A DNA stretch of 64,000 bases, taken from assembly GCA_963740315.1 (NCBI GenBank), contig CAVUDP010000001.1:672001-736000 (forward strand), read 5' to 3'. Positions 10,064 to 20,220 of the stretch are shown in pieces. The stretch comes from an uncultured cyanobacterium. Its GTDB lineage: Bacteria; Cyanobacteriota; Cyanobacteriia; Cyanobacteriales; Nostocaceae. The notes under the pieces were generated by a model. It saw only the letters and a program-made list of their open reading frames with translations, did no database searches and was not told the origin of the DNA. Position 1 is the stretch's first letter. Every line of letters begins with the position of its first letter. A program made the position numbers and the translations under genes.

Positions 10064-12382
10064 GTGATTTATTGCTTCTTGTCTACGAGTGGTGCGTGAC
10101 ATCTTTAGTCCGAAAATCGTCACAGCCATAGCTAAAGACAATCCCACTACCCAAGCAATAGAAGAACTAGGATGTTGTCCTATTGTTGCTACTTGGTAAT
10201 ACAATACCGCCGCCCAGTAAGCTAAACCAGTAGTCCAGCAAGCGGCGAACACCGTCCACCCCAAATTTGTCTCGCGGTAAAGTGCAGCAGTCGCAGAAAC
10301 GCAGGGAAAGTATAGTAATACAAATAACAGATAGGCGAATGCGGCAGATTTACTACTAAATAGTTTGGACATTTCCCCGTAAGTGCTAACAGACACTCCT
10401 TGAGCTTCTGCTGCTTGCTTTTGTGACGAGACATTAGCAGCACTCAAACCAAGGGGGTCAAATAATTGACCGGGAAGTTGCGCTAAATTCTCTGGAATGC
10501 TAATAAATGCCTTACTAATACCACCCCAAAAACTAAATTTTTCTGGCTCCGGCTCTGTTTTGGTTGTTTCTGCCAATCCCGTATACAGAGAATTCAACGT
10601 ACCAACCATCACTTCTTTTGCAAATATTCCTGACATTAAACCTACGGTAGCGGGCCAGTTATCTTGAGTAATGCCCATCGGTGTAAATACTGGTGTAACT
10701 GTACGACTCGCGGCACTGAGAATCGAATCTCCACTATCTTGCTTGCCAAATGTGCCATCAGTACCAACGGAGTTCATGAAGCCCAAGACAATAACCATAA
10801 TTACAATGGCAATCCCGGCTTTTGTGATGAAAGCTTTGAGTCGCTCCCAAGTACGCAACAGCACGCCTTTAATCTTAGGAATGTGGTATGGAGGTAGTTC
10901 CATGATAAAGGGCGCGGCTTCACCTTGGAGGATAGTATTTTTCAAAATCAGTCCGGTGAATATGGCGGCGATAATACCCAAGAGGTAAAGACCTAATACT
11001 ATATTTTGACTGCCAGTGGTGAAGAAAGCACCACAAAATAAAGCGTAAACTGCTAATCTAGCGCTACAGGACATAAACGGGTTCATCATTACCGTCATTA
11101 AGCGATCGCGTTTATTTTCCAATGTCCGCGTTGCCATAATTCCCGGAATATTGCAGCCAAAACCCACGATCATCGGTACAAAGGATTTACCCGGAAGCCC
11201 GATAAAGCGCATCAACCGATCCATCACAAAGGCAGCCCGTGCCATATAGCCAGTATCTTCTAACACCGACAAACACAAAAACATCATCCCAATTTGAGGA
11301 ATAAAAGTAGCTGTCGTCTGGATACCACCGCCAGCACCCTGTGCCAACAGTCCAATCAACCATCCCGGTGCATTCAAGTTTTCTAAAATTTTACCGAAAC
11401 CATCTACAAAAATTGTTGCAAAAGTAATATCAAAAAAGTCAATAAAAGCACCACCGACATTAATCGATATGGTGAACATCAGGTACATCACCAGCAAGAA
11501 AACTGGTATACCCAACCAGCGATTGAGTACAACTTGGTCGATTTTATCGGAAATATTAGTTTTAACTTCCCCACTGCGTTCGGCTGCACCTTTAATTAAG
11601 TCGCGAATAAAGGTATAACGACTATCGGCAATGATAATATCCAAGTCGTCATCAAGGGTTTGATGCACTTTCCGCCGTTCTTCAACAACTATCCGCTCTA
11701 ATTCTTTACTTCTCAAATGGGGAGCAATTCGATCCTCATATTCCAAAAGTTTGAGAGCCGTCCATCGAGGAGCTACTGTATGATTAGGGCTGTGTTCTCT
11801 AATAAAAGGTACGAGGCTGGCGATCGCATCTTCAATTACGGCAGGATAAGCAACGTAGGTTGGTGGTACTGATAGATCCAACAAAGATTGATTAATTGCA
11901 TCCTGTAAATCAGATAATCCCTTACCTGATGTTGCACTCATCGGAATTACCGGACAACCAAGACGCTGTGAAAGTATTTTAGAATTTATTTTAATCTCGC
12001 GGGATGAGGCAACATCGATCATGTTCAACGCCACAATCATTGGTAAGCGCATCTCCATGATTTGGGTGGTGAGATACAGGTTGCGCTCTAAGTTGGAGGC
12101 ATCAATAATATTAACAATGACATCCGCTTCACTAGAAAGTAAGTAATCTCGCGCAATTAGTTCATCAAGTCCAGTGTCGTTGTCTTCGGCATCAAGAGAA
12201 TAAACTCCAGGTAGATCGACAACAGTAATGTTTTTACCATTGTGGATATATTTGCCTTCTTTGCGCTCCACTGTCACGCCACTCCAGTTACCCGTTCTTT
12301 GGTTAGAACCCGTCAAAGCGTTAAACAAAGTGGTTTTGCCGCAGTTGGGATTACCTACCAGTGCAATTATCTGCTTCGTCAC
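10061..12382 (-). CDS. feoB: Ferrous iron transporter FeoB
   Basis: G1 GNPNCGKT, GNWSGVTVE, DLPGVYSL, NMID; membrane domain with GFGCNIPG, PFMSCSARL, YFPCVS. Confidence 0.97.
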   Translation of the reverse strand: MTKQIIALVGNPNCGKTTLFNALTGSNQRTGNWSGVTVERKEGKYIHNGKNITVVDLPGVYSLDAEDNDTGLDELIARDYLLSSEADVIVNIIDASNLERNLYLTTQIMEMRLPMIVALNMIDVASSREIKINSKILSQRLGCPVIPMSATSGKGLSDLQDAINQSLLDLSVPPTYVAYPAVIEDAIASLVPFIREHSPNHTVAPRWTALKLLEYEDRIAPHLRSKELERIVVEERRKVHQTLDDDLDIIIADSRYTFIRDLIKGAAERSGEVKTNISDKIDQVVLNRWLGIPVFLLVMYLMFTISINVGGAFIDFFDITFATIFVDGFGKILENLNAPGWLIGLLAQGAGGGIQTTATFIPQIGMMFLCLSVLEDTGYMARAAFVMDRLMRFIGLPGKSFVPMIVGFGCNIPGIMATRTLENKRDRLMTVMMNPFMSCSARLAVYALFCGAFFTTGSQNIVLGLYLLGIIAAIFTGLILKNTILQGEAAPFIMELPPYHIPKIKGVLLRTWERLKAFITKAGIAIVIMVIVLGFMNSVGTDGTFGKQDSGDSILSAASRTVTPVFTPMGITQDNWPATVGLMSGIFAKEVMVGTLNSLYTGLAETTKTEPEPEKFSFWGGISKAFISIPENLAQLPGQLFDPLGLSAANVSSQKQAAEAQGVSVSTYGEMSKLFSSKSAAFAYLLFVLLYFPCVSATAALYRETNLGWTVFAACWTTGLAYWAAVLYYQVATIGQHPSSSIAWVVGLSLAMAVTIFGLKMSRTTRRQEAINH

Positions 12383-12624
12383 TGTACTATTTCCTCTACA
12401 AATAGAGCTTTGGCTTCATCCCTACGCAGACTAAGTTTGAACCCACGCACGTGGATTTCTACAGGATCTCCTAGAGGTGCATGGCGAGTCACGGTAAACT
12501 CTGTACCCGGTGTCAGTCCCATCGCCAGCAATTTCCCTTTATAACCACGGTTCGCTTTTTCATAGCCAGTTACCCGCCCCATACAGCCCACAGCTAAATC
12601 GCGCAGTTGTTTTTTTTCGCTCAT
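12379..12624 (-). CDS. feoA: Ferrous iron transport protein FeoA
   Basis: LLAMGLTPG...APLGDPVEI.VRG..LSLRRDEA; overlaps the feoB start. Confidence 0.93.
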   Translation of the reverse strand: MSEKKQLRDLAVGCMGRVTGYEKANRGYKGKLLAMGLTPGTEFTVTRHAPLGDPVEIHVRGFKLSLRRDEAKALFVEEIVQ

Positions 12625-12740
12625 TTTCTATTTAATGCGATTTATTTTTAATAACATAACTATTGCACGTAATCATGTATTATTGATAACTATTACAAAA
12701 ATATCTCAATACTGTAACTGCAATTTGCTGTTTTTATAGC

Positions 12741-13097
12741 TTATAAATTAGTACACATGATTTTCTGTGCCAAACCAACTCCCAAACCAATGCGGTTATC
12801 ACCAAGCGCGACGATTATAGAACCATCGGCAATGTTAATGATTTGAAGTTCGGTTCCTGGAACTAAACCCATACCAATTAGACGACGCGCTGTACCTTCT
12901 GTCCCGTTGAGTTTGACGATCCTTAAGCGCTCTCCCACACAAGACATTGCTAAGGGGAAAGATTTGCCCGCATTCAATAAAGAGTCACTTTTAAAGGTTT
13001 TTTTTTCAGATAGTGGAGTTTCAGATTTCTGTCCAAAAAAATTAAACCCCCATCCTTGACCCATTTGTTGGTTGTAGTCGTTTTTGCTGTGTGTCAT
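12741..13097 (-). CDS. feoA: Second FeoA with N-terminal extension
   Basis: RRLIGMGLVPG...RIGLGVGLAQKI. Confidence 0.88.
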   Translation of the reverse strand: MTHSKNDYNQQMGQGWGFNFFGQKSETPLSEKKTFKSDSLLNAGKSFPLAMSCVGERLRIVKLNGTEGTARRLIGMGLVPGTELQIINIADGSIIVALGDNRIGLGVGLAQKIMCTNL

Positions 13098-13127
13098 TGC
13101 CTCTTCATAATTTTCAGGTTTTATTAA

Positions 13128-13160
13128 AAGATATTATCATTAATAATTGAGAATTAAAAG
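13128..13160 (-). promoter_or_regulatory. Putative Fur box upstream of the feo operon
   Basis: gatattatcattaataattgagaat contains (A/T)ATGATAAT and ATTCTCAAT Fur-like half sites. A second similar AT array lies at about 12680-12710. Confidence 0.5.
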
Positions 13161-13333
13161 TAAAAGGATCGATATGACAATGCTATATCGATGTGATGTC
13201 AATTTGATGAAATTCTTAAATCGGGGGGCGTTGTATTGCTAAAAAACGGGTAAATATTATTTTCAACAGCTTATTACTGCCAGCGAGACGCGATCGCTCC
13301 CGGATACTGCTCATAATTGTGGCGGAATACTAT

Positions 13334-13558
13334 TAGTTCATTTCATTAGTTTTGATGGGTAACAAAGGTTCGTAGTAAGCGCTTTAGCGCTCCGGATTTT
13401 GGGCTTAAGCCCTTACTACAAACACGTCAAATTTATTTAATGCAATAGACTATTAGTCCTTTTCATTAGTTTTGACTGGTTCATTTTTTCGGTATACTTT
13501 GGGAGACTCCGCAGTGCTACGTCTCTACAGCCCGTCGGAATTAATGCAATCGAATACT
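13334..13558. repeat. Two tandem MITE-like shells, each with different REP-like cargo
   Basis: tagttcatttcattagttttga...tcaaatttatttaatgcaatagacta (13334-13452) and tagtccttttcattagttttgac...gtcggaattaatgcaatcgaatacta (13454-13558). Confidence 0.6.
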
Positions 13559-13564
13559 ACTCAT

Positions 13565-16006
13565 TCACGAACAAGCTGCTATTTGCGGTACCCTAACGGA
13601 TGAATTCAAAGCAACAAATTCAATTTCTCCTTCGGAATTACGTATCCAAGTAGTAGCTTCTACAATTTTTCGCGGCTTTGATGCTGGAGTTTGAGTAATA
13701 TTATCCGATTGGTTGCGATGTACAGATAAATCGCGAAGATCGTACCAAGTGCGGTTTAAAATTAAATTTTGGCTGGGATTCTGTGGCATTCCACCTCTTC
13801 CAGTTATAACGAATGTGTTACCCGGTTGAGCTAAGCATCCGGAAGCGATTTGATTGCTAGTATCAATAACATTCGTAGGCAATTCATTTACACCCGAATT
13901 GGGATCGATTCCTGGAGTATTAAGTTCAACAACACCATTGAAAGAAGCCCCTAATTGAGAACTTGCGGTAATATCGCTTTGAGGTGTAAGTTGTTCTCTA
14001 AACTGCGTACCGAAAATACCTTGAGAATTAATAGTTACGTTTCCAGCAAAACTATTTTCGGCATTTGCAGTAATATCGCTGTTTTCCAAAGCCACAAGAG
14101 TATCAGTATTTATCGTAATATTGCCACCATTTCCCCTACCACCTGCCGACGTGCTGATATTACTACCACGACGCATTTGTAAGCTTTGGGTATTTAATGA
14201 AATATTGCCACCTTCACCAAATATTGTGGTTGCAGAGAGACTACCTGAATTATCCAACTTTAATAAATCTGCATTTATCTCTAGAATACCGGCATTACCC
14301 GATCCTAAATTACTAACACTTATGTCACCTTCATCAGCTACTATAAAAAATGGCGTATTGATAATTATATTTCCACCATTTCCTGCGGGAACTGTTGGTA
14401 AGTTAAATATACTTTGCAAAAGTAAATATGGTTCAACGCTTGACTGTATTGTGGTGCTGTAAAGTGATTGAACTGATTCCGTAGCCTCGATAAAGATATT
14501 ACCTGCATTCCCATCGCTATTACTAACAGTATTTATATTTCCGTTGTCATCAAGAACTAAATTTTTAACATCAATCTTAATATTCCCACCATTACCTTTT
14601 CCAAAAGCTGAACTAGCAATAGTGCTATTTACAAATAAACCCAAACCAGAACCTTTTATTTCTATATTTTGAGCATTGATATCGATATTGCCACCATTAC
14701 CGTTACCAAAGCTTGTAGTTGCGACTGCTGCTCCATCCAAAACAGATAAATTTCTCGTTTTAACAGATATATCTCCAGCTTTCCCGTCTGCAAAAGTAAT
14801 TGAAGCAATAGCACTAAATTGTTCTGGATTAATTTCGGGAATTCCGCCGATTTTAATCAATTCGGTAGCAATCAAAGAAATATTACCACCGGGGGCAGAA
14901 TTAAAGGTTCTATTCCCAATACCGCCTCCATTTTGAATAATTAAACGTGGTGTAATAACATTAATATTACCGCTATTTCCGGCTACAGTTTCGTTAATTA
15001 TTCCACTACGAATTTGACCATTTTTAGAAATCCCATTTATCTCTAAAAATTCAGTTGCATTAATATTAATATCTCCTGCTGCCTGAATTCCGCGATTTTG
15101 TACAAATAACACGGAACCATCTTCAAGGCTAACAGAATTACCATTAACTTGAATCTCACCAGCACCTTCACCTCCAACGTCTATTAAAGATTGTTGGGAT
15201 AATTGGATATTTCCTAAACTTGAATTTGGAGAAATATTCAATGCAAAACCTTCAGCAGTCTGGTTTAAATTTACAACTCCTTGTTTAACGCTGCTTAATT
15301 CAACTCTTCCAGTTTCTGCATTCAAAATACCTCCATCAAGTTTTATATTTCCTCCAATTAGCGCTAATGTTTTACCAAGCTCTACTTGTAAAGAACTAGT
15401 GTTACCAGGATTTATATAAGGTGCAAAATTAATATCTTCTGTAATTAAATTATGTCCGCTGCCTTTGACTTCAATCTTTCCCGGATTTGTCCCCATTTGT
15501 AAACCAACGGGAACATTTATCTTTAATAATGGTGGTGCTTGCGGATTAACGGCGTTGAATTCACCTTCCGTAAACTTAATATTTTCCGCAGTGGTACCAA
15601 AAAACGAACCGCCAATATTTAATCTGGCATTTTCACCGAAAATAATTCCGTTGGGATTGATTAAAAATAGATTAGCGCTACCGTTGGCTTTGATAATTCC
15701 GTCAATATTAGAAATCGAACCACCAGTAACTCTTGTAAAGATATTCTCTATAGAAGCGGCATTATTGAAAAAAGCTTCTCCCCCAGTTGGGATATTAAAC
15801 TTTTTGAAACTGTGAAATAAATTATTACCTCTTGCAGTACCACCATTTATCTTAAAATTAATCCCATTTTTGATGACATCTGAATTTACACTTAAAGTGC
15901 GTTCAGCTACGCTGTCTATATCGCTTTCGATTTGTGCTGCAACTGGATTGCACAGAAGTAAGCATAAAGCAACAGAATAGCTGAACCCCGATATTATTCG
16001 TTTCAT
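13565..16006 (-). CDS. Filamentous haemagglutinin family (TpsA-like) exoprotein
   Basis: Signal peptide, NLFHSF, NLFLINPNGI TPS motif, GNGGNI beta-helix repeats, cyanobacterial tail FVITGRGGMP..P..W.DLR..IVEAT.W. Confidence 0.92.
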   Translation of the reverse strand: MKRIISGFSYSVALCLLLCNPVAAQIESDIDSVAERTLSVNSDVIKNGINFKINGGTARGNNLFHSFKKFNIPTGGEAFFNNAASIENIFTRVTGGSISNIDGIIKANGSANLFLINPNGIIFGENARLNIGGSFFGTTAENIKFTEGEFNAVNPQAPPLLKINVPVGLQMGTNPGKIEVKGSGHNLITEDINFAPYINPGNTSSLQVELGKTLALIGGNIKLDGGILNAETGRVELSSVKQGVVNLNQTAEGFALNISPNSSLGNIQLSQQSLIDVGGEGAGEIQVNGNSVSLEDGSVLFVQNRGIQAAGDININATEFLEINGISKNGQIRSGIINETVAGNSGNINVITPRLIIQNGGGIGNRTFNSAPGGNISLIATELIKIGGIPEINPEQFSAIASITFADGKAGDISVKTRNLSVLDGAAVATTSFGNGNGGNIDINAQNIEIKGSGLGLFVNSTIASSAFGKGNGGNIKIDVKNLVLDDNGNINTVSNSDGNAGNIFIEATESVQSLYSTTIQSSVEPYLLLQSIFNLPTVPAGNGGNIIINTPFFIVADEGDISVSNLGSGNAGILEINADLLKLDNSGSLSATTIFGEGGNISLNTQSLQMRRGSNISTSAGGRGNGGNITINTDTLVALENSDITANAENSFAGNVTINSQGIFGTQFREQLTPQSDITASSQLGASFNGVVELNTPGIDPNSGVNELPTNVIDTSNQIASGCLAQPGNTFVITGRGGMPQNPSQNLILNRTWYDLRDLSVHRNQSDNITQTPASKPRKIVEATTWIRNSEGEIEFVALNSSVRVPQIAACS

Positions 16007-16032
16007 TGTGGAAAATATAATTTGTCTTGTAC

Positions 16033-18428
16033 TTATACTTCCCCGCAATTAGGCATTTGTTGCCAATTCTCAAAACTTTTTGGTATTTCTGCGACTAATT
16101 CAACTTGCCCAAACTCATCTATTGCAAAACCTGTAGCTTCAATAATTGGAGTTTATGCAGTATTTTCGGTTGTCGATTCCCTGCGTGTTGACTGGGGAAC
16201 CCGTAAATCTGACCATAATGTTATCGTTGTTAACTTCGTTGTAGGGTTTTCTGGTAAACCTCCTCTACCCGTTATCGTAAAGTTGTTACCTTGTTGTCAC
16301 ATCCAGCACTAATTTGATTACTTGGATCGATCGCATTCATTGGTAAATCGACTACCGCAGAATTAGGGTCAATTCCTGGAGTATTTAACTGCACTACACC
16401 ATTAAAAGAAGCTCCTAACCCCGAACTGGCAGTAATATCGCTAAAAGATGTAAGCTCTTTACGTTCCTGAATACCGAAAACACCTTGAGCATTAATAATT
16501 ACTTTGCCGCCAAAATTATCTTCGGCATTTGCGGTGATATCGCTGTTTTCCAAAGCCAAAAGAGTATCGGTATTGATTTCGATATTACCGCCATTCCCCG
16601 AACCGCGAGCTGTCGCAGTGATAGTACTATTGTTGCGGAGTTGTAAATCCCGCGTTTCTAATAAAATATTCCCACCTTTACCTACTGCTGTCGCTGCTGC
16701 AAGACTACTTTGTCGATCTAACTTGAGGAAATTTGCATTAATATATAGCCTTCCCGCATCTCCTACACCTTGATTTGTAACGCTAACTTGTCCACCATTA
16801 GTAATACTTAAATTGGGAGTGTGTATAGTTACGTCACCTGATACACCGCTTGGTAGAGAAGGTAAATTTAACAATAATCTTACTTGTTCCGGTAAAACAG
16901 TAGCAGAAGAATTTATATTACTACGTATAGGAAATCCAAATTGTTCAAACGAACCATCTATTTTTATAGATTCGGAAGCATTAATAATAATATTTCCACC
17001 ATCACCATTAGCTAAAGTAGATGCATTAGCATTAGCTCCACCGGAAATATTTAATTTAGATGTATTGATTTTCAAGCTTCCAGCATTTCCGGCATTAACA
17101 CTAGAAGCAGACAAAAGACTTGGCTTATTAGCAATTAGACTATAGCCAATTAGTTCTAATGTAGATGCATTCACGATTACATCTCCACCATTACCAGTTC
17201 CTAAAGTTAAAGATGAAACATTTGCTCCATCTTCAATAGATAAGTTTGCTGTTGATAGCACGACATCACCTGTATTCCCTTGTGCAAAAGTTGCTGCATT
17301 TATTCCACTTACGAAGCTAGGATTAAATTGTGAAACACCTTTTACCTGCACGGATTCATGGGATCTAATATTTAAATTACCGCTTTTCCCAGTACCATAA
17401 GTTCTAGTCTCGATAATTGCTCCATCTTGCACTTCTAAACGCTTACTAGAAACAGTAATATCTCCACCATCTCCTGCAAAAGTTTGATTAATTAAACTAG
17501 TATTAACAGTCTTATCCGGACTTATTCCCCATACTTGTAAAGACTCAGTTGCATTAATTTTAATATCTCCAGCTTTTTGAAATCCAAAGTTTTGAATTAA
17601 AACCCGCGCTCCATCATTTACAGTTATATTTCTTCCTTGCAACTGTATGTAATTACCGCTGAAACCACTAGCATCTATTAATGCTTGCTGTAATTGAATA
17701 TCTTTAAAAAATTGTATATTTTCATAATTTAAAGTGAAGCCTGGAGTTCTTTCTGGGAAATTAATATCGACTATTCCAGCATCAACGCTACCTAACTCAA
17801 TGTTTCCTTGAGGGCTTTTGAGAATACCGCCATCGATCTTAATATCTCCCCCAATTAAAGCTAAAGTATTTCCCGGCTTTACTTCTAATTGCGCTTGAGA
17901 ATTTACGATAATTGGTTGGGAATTTTGACCAAATTGTAAACCTGCGGGAACGCTAATTGTTAATAGTGGTTTTTCTTGAGGAGTTGCAGCATTAAAAGAA
18001 GTATCATCTGCAAAATTAATGCTGCTAGCACTAGTACCAATAAACGAACCGCCAATATTTAACCTTGCATTATTACCAAAAACAATTCCGTTCGGATTGA
18101 TTAAAAATAGATTTGCGCTACCGTTGGCTTTGATAATTCCATCAATATTAGAAATCGAATTACCAGTTACTCTTGTAAAAATATTCTTTATATTAGAAGC
18201 ATTATTGAAAAAAGCTTCTCCCCCAGTAAGAATATTAAACTGTTTGAAACTATGAAATAAATTATTACCTCTAACTGTACCGCCATTTATTTTGAAATTT
18301 ATGCCGTTTTTGATTACATCTGAATTTACACTTAGAGTACCATCCGTTTCTATTTGTGCAGCAACCCGATAATTAGACGTAAGTAAGCATAAAGCAACCG
18401 AATAGAGCAACCCTGATATTATTCTCAT
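16033..18428 (-). pseudogene. Second filamentous haemagglutinin family gene with disrupted C-terminus
   Basis: ORF 16272-18428 has the TPS domain. The conserved tail (QQGNNFTITGRGGLPENP...PIIEATGF...VELVA) continues in another frame after about 16298, has an in-frame TAA at 16153-16155, and ends at 16033. Confidence 0.82.
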
Positions 18429-18901
18429 TGTTATTTTTATACAAATTCAATCAAACCCTTAAATTTATAGTTCCCAAAAATCGGGCATTTGTTACAATTT
18501 TGAAGAATTTAATATTGCTTATGCTATTAATTAGATACTTATTAATTCATCGAATTTAATAATAACTTAAATAAAAATGAGGGGAGCATCCCCTTCCCCT
18601 CTCCTTAATAAGGAGAGGGGTGTCCGGAGGACGGGGTGAGGTTTAGAATGTATTAGGTTCAATTGAAAACTGCTATATGAGTTTAATTTTATAAGTTATT
18701 AGAAATTGTTTAAAAGTTAAAATTGAGCAAATACAGTCTAATAACTAATAATCCCCACATCTAAAGATGCAGGGAAAGTTAATCTGTAGTTATGATATTA
18801 AATAACTTAAAACATATAATCATATAAAAGCAAAAAAATAGATGCACGTGAGTAAATTTCGTTGTTTTTCGCAACAAATGCAAATTGATTTTTTACTTAA
18901 T

Positions 18902-20218
18902 TCATTCCAACGGAAGTTCGATAACAAATTCTGTTCCTTCTCCCGGTAAGGAATTGCAAATTAACTTACCCTGATGTTTCTCTTCTACTATTTGTCTGCT
19001 AATCGATAATCCCAAACCTGTTCCTTTGCCAACACTTTTTGTAGTAAAAAACTGTTCAAATATACTTTTTAAGACATCACTTGGTATTCCAGGGCCATTA
19101 TCTTTAAATGAGATACTTACTTTATCGCTACTAGAATCGAATTCAGTTGTAACAATAATATTACTAGCATTTTTCTTTTTTTCTTCATAAGAAAACTGAC
19201 TGTTATAATCATCTAAAGCATCTATAGAATTGGAAATAATATTCATAAATACTTGATTTAATTGCCCGGAATAGCACTTAACTAATGGTAAATCGGCATA
19301 ATCTTTAAGTACTTTAATCTCCGGACGTTTATTGTTAGCTTTCAAGCGATGTTTGAGAATCATTAAAGTACTCTCAATTCCTTCGTGAATATTACAAGCT
19401 ACTTTCAATGAACTATCAGTACGAGAAAAAGTTCGCAGACTGGTACTGATATTCCCAATACGCTCTACTCCTATTTTCATAGAAGAAATAATTTGCGGTA
19501 TATCTTCGATTAAGATGTCTAATTCAATATCTTCTGCGTTTTTTAAAATTTCTAATTGTGGATTAGGATAGTAATTTTGATAAAGCCGTAAATGCTTAAT
19601 TATATCGGACGTATTTTCTTCCAGGAATTCCAAATTACCATCAATAAAACTCACGGGATTGTTTATCTCGTGAGCAACTCCAGCTACTAATTCACCTAAA
19701 GCGGACATTTTTTCTGTTTGTACAAGCTGTAATTGAGATTCTTGCAACTCCGACAGAGCCGTTTTTAATTCACCTGTACGCTCTTCTACTCGTTTCTCTA
19801 AATCATTTTTCTGCGCTGCTAATTCTTGGTTCAAACCGCGCATTTTTAAATGTACGTTTACCCGCGCTAATACTTCTTCTGTGTGGAACGGTTTGGTAAT
19901 ATAATCTACAGCCCCTAAAGAAAGCCCTTTTACCTTGTCTACCGTATCGGTAAGCGCCGTCATAAAAATTATTGGGATTTCACAAGTTGCGGGATTTAAT
20001 TTGAGTCGATCGCAAGTTTCAAAACCATTAATTCCCGGCATCATTACATCTAATAAGATTAAATCTGGTTTAGCATATGCAGCTTGTTCAATAGCACTTT
20101 CGCCATCGGTAGCGACTAATATTTCCCACCCAGAATCAGCGATCGCACCAGATAAAACTTTAAGATTAGTGGGGTTGTCATCAACAATTAAAATTATTGG
20201 TTGTTCTAAATAAATCAT
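18902..20218 (-). CDS. Hybrid receiver-histidine kinase
   Basis: N-terminal REC (LLDVMMP), H-box GVAHEINNP, NQVFMNIISNSIDA, DNGPGI, FFTTK, GTGLGL. Confidence 0.93.
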   Translation of the reverse strand: MIYLEQPIILIVDDNPTNLKVLSGAIADSGWEILVATDGESAIEQAAYAKPDLILLDVMMPGINGFETCDRLKLNPATCEIPIIFMTALTDTVDKVKGLSLGAVDYITKPFHTEEVLARVNVHLKMRGLNQELAAQKNDLEKRVEERTGELKTALSELQESQLQLVQTEKMSALGELVAGVAHEINNPVSFIDGNLEFLEENTSDIIKHLRLYQNYYPNPQLEILKNAEDIELDILIEDIPQIISSMKIGVERIGNISTSLRTFSRTDSSLKVACNIHEGIESTLMILKHRLKANNKRPEIKVLKDYADLPLVKCYSGQLNQVFMNIISNSIDALDDYNSQFSYEEKKKNASNIIVTTEFDSSSDKVSISFKDNGPGIPSDVLKSIFEQFFTTKSVGKGTGLGLSISRQIVEEKHQGKLICNSLPGEGTEFVIELPLE

Positions 20219-20220
20219 AG

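Noticed and set aside
13955..18255. Many short plus-strand ORFs opposite the TpsA genes (and similar antisense ORFs elsewhere)
   Set aside because: Shadow ORFs caused by codon bias of the real minus-strand genes.
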